From positions 8,680,001 to 8,744,000 of the forward strand of contig JBHGNT010000022.1 of the NCBI GenBank assembly GCA_043228905.1: a stretch of 64,000 nt of DNA, written 5' to 3'. This document shows, in pieces, positions 11,327-23,028 of this stretch. The position numbers were made by a program, and so were the translations under genes. Each line of letters starts with the position of its first letter. The stretch's first letter is position 1. This stretch comes from Azolla caroliniana. Taxonomy: Eukaryota > Plantae > Polypodiophyta. The notes under the pieces were generated by a model that was given only the letters and a program-made list of their open reading frames with translations, made no database searches and was not told the origin of the DNA.

Positions 11327-13222
11327 ATGGCTCAAATTAACGACCCGATGTCATCCGCTCAAGCGGAAGGAACTCAAGGGAATCCTCCTGGACAAATGTC
11401 CACTGAGATGTATTTGGCACAAATAACCCAATACCTTAGTTTCACCGCTCAACAGATGACCGAACTTCGGCAATCTCAGAGTGCTCTTGAGGCACGTGTC
11501 ATTAGTCTACAACGTGAGACTAATAGACCTGATGAGCGACAAGGTGAACCATCATTTGTCGTTAAGCCATTTACGGGAGACAAAAAGGAAAGAACCGAAG
11601 AAGCAATCTGCACATGGTTGGGACGATGGGAGTCTCATTTTGAGCTCTATCCCACGCCAGATAGTACGAAGATTGCATATGTCGGCCGAGAACTTGGGGG
11701 TAAGGCCGCCGCCTGGTGGCGTGGCCTCCGTACTATGGGGAAATTGCCTGATACCTGGACAGATTTTGTCACGGTTTTTAAGGGCCAATTTCTGCAACCT
11801 CCCTCTCGAACCGAGGCAGCACAAGCTTTAATGAACCTCTCTAGCAGGAAATTTTCCTCGCTAGAAGACTATGTTCACCATGCTAGAACCCAAATCCAAA
11901 AATCGGGTCTAGAAGGGGACAATTGGTTGATAGCTTGTTTTGTCAATGGCATCCCCAATTCGGACTATCACTGGATAGTGCACGATAAGGATCCAAAATC
12001 CTTCGAAGAGGCAGTTGAAATAGTTCTTCGCTATCAACGCACTTCGAAGAAGGACCATAACAAACCCAACGAAGCGCCCGGGACTAAGCAGTCGCAATTT
12101 GTTGGGAAACGCAAGACACCCAACGAATTCCTGGATCGCGATTGTAAGCGACAACATCCTTTTTGTGTATTCTGCAAAAAGAAGGGTCATACAAAAGATC
12201 AATGTCGAAAGCTCCAACGGAAAGAGCACGACAACAAAGCTAAAGCTGCAGAACATAAAGGTCAGATTCCTAATGTCCTTCAGGTCTATACACATCATTT
12301 AAGTAATTGTCAATGTTCTTTCCCTCACTATGTATTGGGTCCCAATGATTTACTACGTGCAAACGGGTATATCAATGGATCTCCCGTACAGTTTTTATTT
12401 GATTCGGGAAGCTCACACAATTTTGTGAATGATCGTTTGGTTCAGATATGGGGAATCCAACCCACCGTAAGTGATCACACCTACACGGTGCACTTGGCTG
12501 ATGGAAGAGTACAATACATCAACGGGGCGATTCATTCATTAGGAATTTCTATTGATACTTATATAGAGGAAGTAGACTTCCATGTAATGAATCTTTGTAC
12601 CACCGATGTAATACTGGGTTATCCCTGGTTTTATAATAAAAACTCTTCTTTATTTATTGATTGGGTTCGTCATTCCATTTCTTTTGTACTGAACGATTGT
12701 ACGCATTTTATTCAATGTGTAAAAAAACAATCCCTCTCGATTGTTTCCTCGTGTCCATCAATATCCGAGTTGTCTTGTTCTACGTTATTTTATTGTGTAC
12801 TTGATCCGGACATTCACGTTTACAATATCGATAATGTCCCGATTCAATTAACATATTTTGAACAACAACAACTTGATGAAATCTTAAATGATTTTCATGA
12901 TGTTTTTCCAAGTGAACTACCTGATGGGTTACCTCCTAAACGTAATATAGACCATCGTATAGATATTGTACCTGGTGTTGCACCAATAAGTATACCTCCG
13001 TATCGCTTAAGTCGATCCGAAAAAGATGAGGTATCTAAGCAACTCAAGGACTATTTACGAATGGGTTATATACGTTATAGTAAATCTCCATGGGGTGCAC
13101 CAGTTCTCTTGGTTAAAAAGAAAGAGGGCACATGGCGTATGTGTATTAATTACCGACGCTTGAATAAAGTGACGATCAAGAATTCGTATCCATTGCCCCG
13201 GGCTGACGATCTAATTGACCGT
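11327..13222 (+). CDS. gag-pol: Gag-PR-RT(N-terminal) of element E, 5' part of a single gag-pol ORF
   Basis: [14 protein letters not shown] knuckle, [10 protein letters not shown] protease, [13 protein letters not shown]...[12 protein letters not shown]; rejoins 16742 in frame (LIDR|LQG) once F is removed. Confidence 0.92.
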
Positions 13223-16200
13223 TGTCGTAGTGTATTTTGTACACTACGTGAAAAACGTATATAGTATTAGATTCAATAAAAAATGAAGAAATAGAAGAAA
13301 ATAGCAAAATAAATGGAACATGCATAGGGCAAGATTCAAACCTTGCACCTCCATGTTAATAATGTAATGTCTTACCATTACACTAGCATTTCATTAGTGT
13401 TAAAGCATAGATGTCCCACATAGAAAGGTAAATTCACGCTAGGATAAACATTAGAAAAACGCATAACAAAAGAAAAAGCTACACATACACATCTAGCGTG
13501 CATGATAAAAAACGCACAAGTTAGAAAAAAGCATGATCACTTTAGATAAAGCATATAGTCTATCTATAGGAAAAGCATGGGGTCTATAGTTAGAGAAAAA
13601 GCATGGATTACTAAGACTTCCTCATCACTACATAAGGATGGGGAGCACAATGTAATTGTGTGTGAAATACTTGGAAACTGGATATGTTTCTAAAAAACAC
13701 CAATTAATAAACTATACTCGTGGGATTCACGAGGATTCTATATCATTCTCTTTCAACCCAAATTTATATTCTTATATTCATATTGATTAATCTAATACAA
13801 TATACTCGTGGGATTCACGAGTTTGCTATAACTCTTTCTTACAACATATTTATATTCTTATTAGCCTTAAAACTCTCCTCTTCCTAGTCCAAAACCCCAG
13901 TGGTTCCCACCCGACTCACGCAAACGATCCGGAGCCGAAAGGCACGACACAGTTGGTGAACCCGACGTGAAGGCGGGTGGCAAGGAGATGGAGAATCAAC
14001 AAGAGGCGATGAACATGATGATGATAATGTTTGAGCGGATGCAACAAGAACAACGTGCGATGTCGGAGATGAAGGCGGCAGTAGAGCGGCTTCTGCGACG
14101 AAACGGGGAATTCAACGGTAAGGGTGTGTCACGCTACCTACGTGAATATAAGGCGGAGATGATGCAATATCGGATACCGGAAGGATTGCAAGTGATATCC
14201 TTTAGTCGGGTGGCCTCGGACGAACTACAAGAGAGAATCCACAAGATACAACAACAAAACTCGACATGGGAGTCCTTTGAAGAAGCTTTACGGGAGGCAT
14301 ATGACTATGAGAGATGGACGGGACGAGATCGACGAGAATTCGACGAATGGGTGGCGTCGGAGAAGACTCACCGAAGTGCAACGCAAGCGTTCCTAGAGTT
14401 CGAGCATCGTTTTGCTCGACTCTCGGAGCGGGAACGAAGATTGGTGGGAGGAGATAAAGTCTTAATGTTCGTAAGATCGATCGATCGAAAAGAAAGGATG
14501 GACATCGGGATCGAACTCGAAGACGATGATGGTACGAATGGTCTTACCGAGGATTGGGCTAAAGTCGAAAGGGTATGCCGAAGACATGATGAAAGGAAGC
14601 TGAGAATCTCGTCAACAACGACATGGCCCATGAAGGATGGTCGATTGAGGAAAAACGATGAAGCCAATATGAAGGCCGAAATACAACATGATGGTACCAC
14701 GGGAGAAAGAGTGGAACAAGACACCCACTCGTCTTGTGAAAGAACGATGGCGAAGGATAAGGCCGATAATTCAAGTGTAGAAGGAAATTTCGGGATACAA
14801 GTGCCCGAGACATCGGGTCAAAAAGGGGTAAGCATAATAGATGTTTGCATAATTGATGCAGATAAAGAGTGTGAAGCGGATGTGATTAAGGAGGTAGCCA
14901 CAAAAGACGAAATCGAATCGGAGGTGGCTATGGACGAATCAATGGCGGATTGCCATATCGAGACTTCCCCACCACTGATTCCAGAGACTCCGGCGGTTGC
15001 GATCGAAAGGCAACGTGAGACCGAAGAGACGGAAGGTGGCGGAGAGAAAACGAATGTCGAAGCCGACGAATACGATGAAGAGATAGTCGAGAAGAATGCT
15101 AAGGGTGAAACTACGAAAGAAGGTAATACCGAGGATTCATGCCAACAATATCTAGAGACTTCGGCGGTTGTGTCCGAGAACCAACGTGAGACCGGAGAGA
15201 CGGGAGATGGCGGCGAGGAAGGTAAAGTCGGAAGTCGGTTCGGATGGAAAATGATTCATCCGAAATTCCAATCTAAAAGAAAGTGCGACAATGCGGAGGT
15301 CGGGTCTACGACGGGAGAAGCGCGTAATACAGAGCACGCTCTACGGCGAATAAAGAAACGCGTGTTATGGCGAATAAAGAAGCACGCGCTACGGCGAGAA
15401 AAGAAGCATGCATTACAACCACACGAGGACCGAACAACGAGCACATATCGGAGGACCTACGTGGCGAACAACGGAAAGAAGTGCCAAAAGTCGAACCGGA
15501 CAAGGCAGGTGAAAACGAAGAAAAGAAAGCAAATCCGGACGAAAAGAAAAGAAAAGAAACCGACCCGAAAGAGCACTGAATCGGTAAAAACCGATCAACC
15601 GAGTCCGGATCGACCGAATACAAATCGGAAAGGAAGCCGAACTAAACGAAAGACGATCCGACGAGACCGAATCGGAAGTAAGCTAATCCGACTAAACCGA
15701 AAATCCGAAAAGAAGTCGAGATTGATGAAGAAAAGAAAGAGGGCAAGAAAAGATACTACCGCGGATGACAAGGACCAAGCGGGCCATGCAAAAAGCGAAC
15801 GAAGACTATGGTGGATCGGATGTCGACAATGGTTCGGGTGGAAAGAATGGATGTGCTCCAAATGGAGAGACAAAGTCAACATAACAAGAGAAGTCGAGGG
15901 TACTACGAGCCGGCAACGAAACCAATCGGGTAGAGACCGGACGGAGGAGACTAACAAACACCAACAACTTCGGCACATACCGGAGGATGTGCGGGTTTGG
16001 AGGGGGTGAGTGTCGTAGTGTATTTTGTACACTACGTGAAAAACGTATATAGTATTAGATTCAATAAAAAATGAAGAAATAGAAGAAAATAGCAAAATAA
16101 ATGGAACATGCATAGGGCAAGATTCAAACCTTGCACCTCCATGTTAATAATGTAATGTCTTACCATTACACTAGCATTTCATTAGTGTTAAAGCATAGAT

Positions 16201-16737
16201 GTCCCACATAGAAAGGTAAATTCACGCTAGGATAAACATTAGAAAAACGCATAACAAAAGAAAAAGCTACACATACACATCTAGCGTGCATGATAAAAAA
16301 TGCACAAGTTAGAAAAAAGCATGATCACTTTAGATAAAGCATATAGTCTATCTATAGGAAAAGCATGGGGTCTATAGTTAGAGAAAAAGCATGGATTACT
16401 AAGACTTCCTCATCACTACATAAGGATGGGGAGCACAATGTAATTGTGTGTGAAATACTTGGAAACTGGATATGTTTCTAAAAAACACCAATTAATAAAC
16501 TATACTCGTGGGATTCACGAGGATTCTATATCATTCTCTTTCAACCCAAATTTATATTCTTATATTCATATTGATTAATCTAATACAATATACTCGTGGG
16601 ATTCACGAGTTTGCTATAACTCTTTCTTACAACATATTTATATTCTTATTAGCCTTAAAACTCTCCTCTTCCTAGTCCAAAACCCCAGTGGTTCCCACCC
16701 GACTCACGCAAACGATCCGGAGCCGAAAGGCACGACA
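13223..16737 (+). mobile_element. Non-autonomous gag-only LTR element F (3515 bp), TGTCG family
   Basis: 727-bp LTRs 13223-13949 and 16011-16737 (one difference seen); 4-bp TSD CCGT; 18-nt PBS TGGTGAACCCGACGTGAA 13954-13971; PPT GGAGGGGG; no PR, RT or INT. Confidence 0.93.
13988..16009 (+). CDS. Gag-derived protein with acidic middle and Lys/Arg-rich C-terminus
   Basis: First ~210 aa align by eye with Gag of element G; the rest is unrelated and has no CCHC knuckle; the ORF is open from PBS to PPT. Confidence 0.8.
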   Translation: MENQQEAMNMMMIMFERMQQEQRAMSEMKAAVERLLRRNGEFNGKGVSRYLREYKAEMMQYRIPEGLQVISFSRVASDELQERIHKIQQQNSTWESFEEALREAYDYERWTGRDRREFDEWVASEKTHRSATQAFLEFEHRFARLSERERRLVGGDKVLMFVRSIDRKERMDIGIELEDDDGTNGLTEDWAKVERVCRRHDERKLRISSTTTWPMKDGRLRKNDEANMKAEIQHDGTTGERVEQDTHSSCERTMAKDKADNSSVEGNFGIQVPETSGQKGVSIIDVCIIDADKECEADVIKEVATKDEIESEVAMDESMADCHIETSPPLIPETPAVAIERQRETEETEGGGEKTNVEADEYDEEIVEKNAKGETTKEGNTEDSCQQYLETSAVVSENQRETGETGDGGEEGKVGSRFGWKMIHPKFQSKRKCDNAEVGSTTGEARNTEHALRRIKKRVLWRIKKHALRREKKHALQPHEDRTTSTYRRTYVANNGKKCQKSNRTRQVKTKKRKQIRTKRKEKKPTRKSTESVKTDQPSPDRPNTNRKGSRTKRKTIRRDRIGSKLIRLNRKSEKKSRLMKKRKRARKDTTADDKDQAGHAKSERRLWWIGCRQWFGWKEWMCSKWRDKVNITREVEGTTSRQRNQSGRDRTEETNKHQQLRHIPEDVRVWRG

Positions 16738-16741
16738 CCGT

Positions 16742-19279
16742 CTCCAAGGAGCTCGGTATTTTACGAAACTTGATCTCCGTACTGGCTACCATCAAATACG
16801 AATAAGTGAGGACGATGTTCCTAAAACGGCATTTCGTACGCGCTATGGCCATTACGAGTTTTTGGTTATGCCTTTTGGTTTGACCAATGCTCCGGCTACT
16901 TTTCAACAAGAAATGAATGACATTTTCCGAGAACAACTTGGAAAATTTGTCGTTATTTTCTTGGATGATATTTTAGTTTATAGCCGTACATTACAAGAAC
17001 ATGTTAGACATGTCCGCTTTGTTTTACAAACATTGCGTGACAAACAGTTTTATGCGAAGATCTCAAAATGTGAGTTCTTCAAGAAATCAATTACTTATCT
17101 AGGACATCTCATAACCGAACGAGGAGTTGAAATTGATCCTTCTCGCATTGAGAAAATCAAGCTTTGGCCCACTCTTCGGAATATTCGAGAAGTTCGATCA
17201 TTCCTTGGTTTTGTGGGGTTTTTGCGAAAGTCTCTTCGTAATTACTCCCAATTGACGATGTCGTTTACTGATCTTTTAAAAGGTCAAACGTGTAAGTCTA
17301 CAAAACCTATTGTGTGGAATGCTACACTAGACCTTGCATTAAAGGAACTCAAGGACCTAGTTTGCAAGGCTCCTTCACTTCTTTTACCTGATCCTTCAAA
17401 ACCTTTTGAGGTTGAAACCGATGCAAGCGATTATGCTATAGGTGTTGTCTTGTATCAAGATGGTAAACCAATAGCATTCGAGAGTAAGAAACTTGATTCT
17501 GCTCAATGTCGGTATACCGTTCAAGAAAAGGAATTATTTGCAGTTATACATGCACTCGAAACATGGCGCCATTATCTTTATGGAAATCACTTTGTGGTAA
17601 CTACGGACCACGAGTCCTTGAAATATTTTTGTGACCAACAAGACCTGAAAGGTCGTAAGGCACGATGGGCTGATCTCATCCAGGACTTTGATTTTTCCAT
17701 ACGATATCGTAAAGGTTCCATGAACATTGTCGTTGATGCACTAAGTCGCATCCGTGAAGTTAACACGCTTAGCTTCACTGAAATATCATCAGATCTTTAT
17801 GATCACCTTCGAGGAAAGTATCCTGATGACAGTTATTTCGCAAAATACTGGGCTAGAGTTGAGTCTGGAACAGACACCACCACATCCTTGAAGGAATACT
17901 TCCACATTGCTAACGGTTTGCTCTACCGTAATGGGAAGGTTTGTGTTCCAGATTTACCCGAGGTCAAAAAGAGGATTCTTTTTGAATGCCATGATGCACC
18001 CTCAACAGGGCACCCTGGAATACATCGTACACTCGTTCTCATCTCCACTCAATTTTATTGGCCTAAGATGCGTCCTGACATACATAGCTATGTGACTAAA
18101 TGTCACCAGTGTCAGGTTAACAAAGCCGAGCGACTTAAAGCCGCAGGACTTTTACATCCCTTGGACATTCCCAATAATAAGTGGGAAAGTATATCCATGG
18201 ATTTTATTGTTAGCCTTCCTCGCACCCAAAAAGGTCATGATGCCATCTGGGTTGTCGTTGATCGACTAACTAAAATGGCCAGATTTATTGCTACTAAAAC
18301 CACGGTAACAGCTCCTGAATTGGCTTATCAATTTGTTGACGAATTGTTTTGTTTTTATGGGTTACCGATGGATATCGTGAGTGATCGAGATCCAAAGTTT
18401 ACTAGTGACTTCTGGACACAAGTCTTTAAGAAGTTAGAAACTACGTTGAGCATGAGCTCCACGGATCATCCTCAATCCGATGGACAGACAGAACGAGTAA
18501 ATCAAATTATTGAGGACATGCTTCGAGCATACGTTGGTGCAAAACCAACAAAATGGGAACGTTATCTCCCAATTTTGGAGTTTGCTTATAACAGCTCCAA
18601 GCATACGTCGACGGGATATAGTCCTTTTATGTTGATGTATGGTTTTCAGCCACGAGCCCCGATTGATGTTAATATACATCATGATGAGTTGCGAAGTACG
18701 CAAAAATTTCTTCGGGATATGCAAGATATGTTGCATATTGCACGAGATAATATAAAAACAGCTCAAGATAGAGCGCGTTTTTATGCCGATCATCATAGGC
18801 AACCTCGTGTATTCAACCCTGGACAGAAGGTATTTTTACGTGTACCTCACAATTCTAAGACATTGTCTACGGGTAAGTGCGCTAAGTTAGCCCCACGGTT
18901 TTGTGGACCTTTTACAGTCCTCAAACGCATTGGGTCATCAGCCTATCGTCTCGCTCTTCCCGATGGTGTCGGAATTCATCCAGTCTTTCATGTGAGTCGT
19001 CTAAAAGAACTTCTAGGTTCTGGCGACAATACAGTTACGACTGAAACTCTGGTTACTTCTGAAGAATTATCTTCTAAACCACATGTACCAGAAAGAATTC
19101 TCGATGTTAAAACAAAAAAATTACGTACTAAAGAAATCCGAGAATTCAAAATAAAATGGATGGATAAATCAATAAAAGATGCCACATGGGAACGCGAAAA
19201 TACTCTTAGAACTAACTTCCCTAACTTTCCATTGCAAGAGTGCAATGTTTTAAAGAGGGGGAGTATGTTACGGGCATGA
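16742..19279 (+). CDS. pol: RT-RNaseH-integrase-chromodomain of element E (3' part)
   Basis: [36 protein letters not shown] integrase, GPF motif, chromodomain PERILD...KIKW...DATWE. Confidence 0.93.
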   Translation, partial: LQGARYFTKLDLRTGYHQIRISEDDVPKTAFRTRYGHYEFLVMPFGLTNAPATFQQEMNDIFREQLGKFVVIFLDDILVYSRTLQEHVRHVRFVLQTLRDKQFYAKISKCEFFKKSITYLGHLITERGVEIDPSRIEKIKLWPTLRNIREVRSFLGFVGFLRKSLRNYSQLTMSFTDLLKGQTCKSTKPIVWNATLDLALKELKDLVCKAPSLLLPDPSKPFEVETDASDYAIGVVLYQDGKPIAFESKKLDSAQCRYTVQEKELFAVIHALETWRHYLYGNHFVVTTDHESLKYFCDQQDLKGRKARWADLIQDFDFSIRYRKGSMNIVVDALSRIREVNTLSFTEISSDLYDHLRGKYPDDSYFAKYWARVESGTDTTTSLKEYFHIANGLLYRNGKVCVPDLPEVKKRILFECHDAPSTGHPGIHRTLVLISTQFYWPKMRPDIHSYVTKCHQCQVNKAERLKAAGLLHPLDIPNNKWESISMDFIVSLPRTQKGHDAIWVVVDRLTKMARFIATKTTVTAPELAYQFVDELFCFYGLPMDIVSDRDPKFTSDFWTQVFKKLETTLSMSSTDHPQSDGQTERVNQIIEDMLRAYVGAKPTKWERYLPILEFAYNSSKHTSTGYSPFMLMYGFQPRAPIDVNIHHDELRSTQKFLRDMQDMLHIARDNIKTAQDRARFYADHHRQPRVFNPGQKVFLRVPHNSKTLSTGKCAKLAPRFCGPFTVLKRIGSSAYRLALPDGVGIHPVFHVSRLKELLGSGDNTVTTETLVTSEELSSKPHVPERILDVKTKKLRTKEIREFKIKWMDKSIKDATWERENTLRTNFPNFPLQECNVLKRGSMLRA

Positions 19280-22200
19280 CCATATAATATCCCGTGGTAA
19301 GAATTTACCGTAGTATTCAATACACGTGGATAAGTGTGAGGGTTAAATGAGAGTGTAAAGAAGGGGAGGATTACTTTTAATCCTCGGGATTGAGACAACC
19401 CATTAGGTCAAGTGTGAACTTGCCTGGGGGCCTTGGGTTTCGCTATAAATAAGAGGCCTAGCTACCCTCATTTGATCATCTTTTGACTACATCGAGACTC
19501 TGCTCGTGTGGTGGGTCAACTCTTGTAGCGAGCGCGCCAGCACCAGGTACGACTCGACGCCACGGCGGTGGTATGGGACGCCGATCGAGGCTCGAGTCCG
19601 TCTCGATCCCTTCGCTCAGGGGTGGTCGGGTGGATCGGCACCCTTCTTTCTCTTTCTCCTTTCTATCTATCTTTTCATTATCCTTATCTTAAGCTTACGT
19701 TAGTACCAAGATCTATAATAACATCCATACCAGACCAAGAGGGGTTCGCATCGTTGTGATATCCCTGCTCTCCACGGCTAGCTGGAACTGGTCGTACCCC
19801 GAGTATAAGTCACCGACCGAATAGATCGACCTTCCAGCAAAGGCCTTCGCGAACTCGTCTATGGTCGGTCTGATTCTTGCATTACAGATGATCACCCTGT
19901 TGACCGATTGCAGGTCCTGAATGAAGCGCAACGTGCCGTTCTTCTTCGGCACCGTAAACCACCGATTCGAATACGGGGCACTCGACGGTTCGAGGATGCC
20001 CATCCCCACCTTTTGCTTCAGAAGCTCCATCCACTTCGGGATGTGAGCTCTCGGCACCGGAATCTGTTTGAGATTCCACATTACATGCGGTACCGTGAAG
20101 ATCACCATTGGTTCGACAATCGTCGGGTCCACGCACCCGATCTCCTCCGGCGAGAACGCGAAGGCTTTCCCATGCTTTCCAAGCATTCTCCCAAACCTGT
20201 CCTCCTCCGCCGGCAGTAGAAAGCCACCCCCACCGACCTTGGTAGCGTTATGTCGGTGAACCGGTCCCCTATGCCATCCGGATTCCGTAAACTTGGGTCC
20301 GACGCGACCCCTTTTATCTGCTCCTCGCTGCCCTCCGACAAGGGTGTTGCGACTAGCCTCACCTTCCAGTCCACAGTCTTGTACTTTGTATCCACGCGGG
20401 CCATCCAATCCAACCCGATCCTTTCCCCGAAATCCGTGATGACTTCGTACATTCCCATCAAACTAACCGGAACGGTCTGGTCTTCTCTAAGGTCTTCACC
20501 GATCACCTTTCGTAACTCGCCCAAGGTGTCATCAAAAGAGACCGCCTCCACGGCGCCACTGATTTCTTCGTCGGGGGAGAGGACTCCGCATCCCCTGAGC
20601 CGCTCCTCCGCTCGCTTCCTCTCCCAGCCGCTGATGCTGGCTATAGTACAACCTCCGTTTTCGGAGAACCAAAACTTCCTACCTACTATACATGTGTGGG
20701 GTTCTTCCGGTACGTCCGGACTACCGCGGCCCCATGCCTTGATAGCCCTCTCTAAAAATCCCCTCGTCTGTCACCACCGAGGGTCTCGCGATTCCTCTCA
20801 TGGTTCGGACGTACGGTCATGAATTGGACGGAATGCCGACCGTCTTGGCTCTTGACACGCGCGTATGCCAAACCGTTGTCCAGCACCTTTGTCTCCTTGC
20901 GTGCTACCATAATGTATGGTTCGCCGAGAATCACCGGGTGCGAGGATGTTTCCTGCACGAAGAAATGTTGATCTATCTCGACGTCAACGACCTTTACCCA
21001 TATATTCGGGCATGCACCATGCAGCTCCTCCGTAGCACACGTCGTTGCGCGTATCTTCCACCCATGCTTGGTGTTGATCGGCCATTTACCCCCTCTTGTA
21101 GAAATCCATGGACATCAGGTTGATTTCGGATCCATGGTTTACCAAGGCCACCACCGGTTTCGGAACGTCGCCGATCCACACAGGGGTTTCTGAGTTGCCA
21201 TGGCCCAATGCGGCTTCACGTAGTGGTTTTCCGCCAACTCGTCTTCTAGGGTCGCGTCTTCTAAGTGTGTAGTTCGCACCTCCACCGGCTTCTTCGGTTC
21301 TGGCTCCGTCGAGAGCCTCTTCCGCTTCACCGAGTCTACGATGGAGTCGCGGAACTCCCTCTTGCCGATTCCCAGCACCTCCCGCAATGACAGCTCCACT
21401 TTACTGTCGAGGATCCGCTCTTCAAGGACCTTCCGTAGGTCCGTTGCTCTCTCGATTTCGGTGCTCAACCGAAACCCCGCCTGCTTCATTCCGTCCAGCG
21501 CGCCTGGGTTGCCAGCACCGGTCGGTTTCGGTCTGAACCGGGTCTCGTACCTCTGCGGGGGACCGACCCCCCCGGCCTTTCTTGCCCGTTTGTCTTCCAC
21601 CAGAACCTCGTAGTTCTGGCAAGCAGCTTCTACGAAGCTCGTTTTCTCTTCGACCGGATCGTCCCATCCGGTGACCTCTTGGACCCGTTGTTCCTCGCGG
21701 TCCGCCTCTTCCTTCTTCAGCCGAACTCCGGAGAGGCCTTCTAACACTAGCGGCCAGAATCTGGAGTCCTTCACCTTCCGGGTCTCATCACCCCCGACCC
21801 AAATTCCCGCTGACACTAAGTAGTTAACGGCTTCTACAATTCGTGCCGCAGCCTCTTCCATCAACCTCTTCATTTCGCCGCGCCCTGTATTTAGTTCTAG
21901 GGCTCTCCGGGTCTCGCTTGCGTGCACCCACCCGTTCCAGAGGTACACCACGTTGGTCCTGAGCGCGTCGGCGAAATCCGCGCAATCCTTCCGAATGTGA
22001 CTGATCGCCTCACACCACATGCACCGCTGCCCAGCTGGCGGCCTCCGGTCGCGAGGTTGTTCACCGTTGTCTCTCCGTGCCTATGCGATCTGCAGGTCGC
22101 GCACCATCTGTGTCAGCTCCTCCAGAGCCGCTCCTCCGGATGGGCCTCTGACCACGTCGTTCGATGCTGACCCCAACTCCAGCCAAATTTGGGTCTCTTC

Positions 22201-22997
22201 CTTCTTACCGGTTGGCACCAATACCGGCTCCTCAAGCCTCCTCACTGGGACCGGCCCTGACCCCGACGAGCTTTCATCGCTCCAATCGCGCCGTTTGTTG
22301 AAACGGCTACAGACCCGTTTTACCATGGCCCAGTCTATCGTGAGCCCTTTGTCCGTTTCCAATAGGGGACCCACCTTTTCCCGATCGAGCGCGTCCACCG
22401 ACTTGACAAACAGTGGTACTCGACTTGTTTCGAGCACGATCCGGTCCAACGTCAACAGCCGCGTGAACCGTTTTTCGAACTCCTGGAGGAGCGCCGACGT
22501 GTTCCTCACTTTTCCAGGGCTTTCCACCCACGCCATGAAGTCCCACCTCGACAGCCAAAGCGAGTCGTCAAACCCGTACTTCTCGAAGAGCTGAAGCTCC
22601 AACTCCTCCCAAGTCTGGCATCCGGCCAGCACCTCGAGCACCTCCGCGTGGATGCTCGGCGTCACCACTTGAGGGAATCCGGACAGCCGCCTGTCCACTG
22701 GGATATCCCTCATGATCATTTCGGCCCGGTAAACCTCCAAATAACTTGTGGCGTCTTTCCCTCCGAACCGGCCTATAGTGCCGACGATCGATTCAATGGC
22801 TCTGTCGAGGGTACCCGTCCCCTCACGAGCGCTTACCAGCCAGTCGACGGCTACCACCATTGCCTCTAGTAGCTCTGATCCCCTCATCTTTCGACTCTGT
22901 TGCCGCCTTTTCACGTCGGGTTCACCAAAGATGTTGCGTTGTTACGCACGTGCATGTAGAAAGAGACAGGACCACAGGGGGCCTTGAACCGAGGAGC

Positions 22998-23028
<31 letters not shown>

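Larger units (their letters stand above)
9184..19720 (+). mobile_element. Full-length chromovirus (Ty3/Gypsy with chromodomain), element E, tRNA-Met primed, interrupted by F
   Basis: 455-bp LTRs 9184-9638 and 19266-19720 (about 4 differences seen); 5-bp TSD ACATC at 9179-9183 and 19721-19725; PBS TGGTATCAGA 9641-9650; PPT before 19266. Confidence 0.95.

Noticed and set aside
13890-13950. Hammerhead or other ribozyme in U5 (GCCGAAAGGC)
   Set aside because: No CUGANGA core or other recognisable catalytic consensus; only a GNRA hairpin.
16688-16741. MVPTRLTQ... N-terminal extensions on ORFs 16688-19279 and 24112-26238
   Set aside because: They are GTG-started read-through of LTR U5 sequence, not genuine starts.
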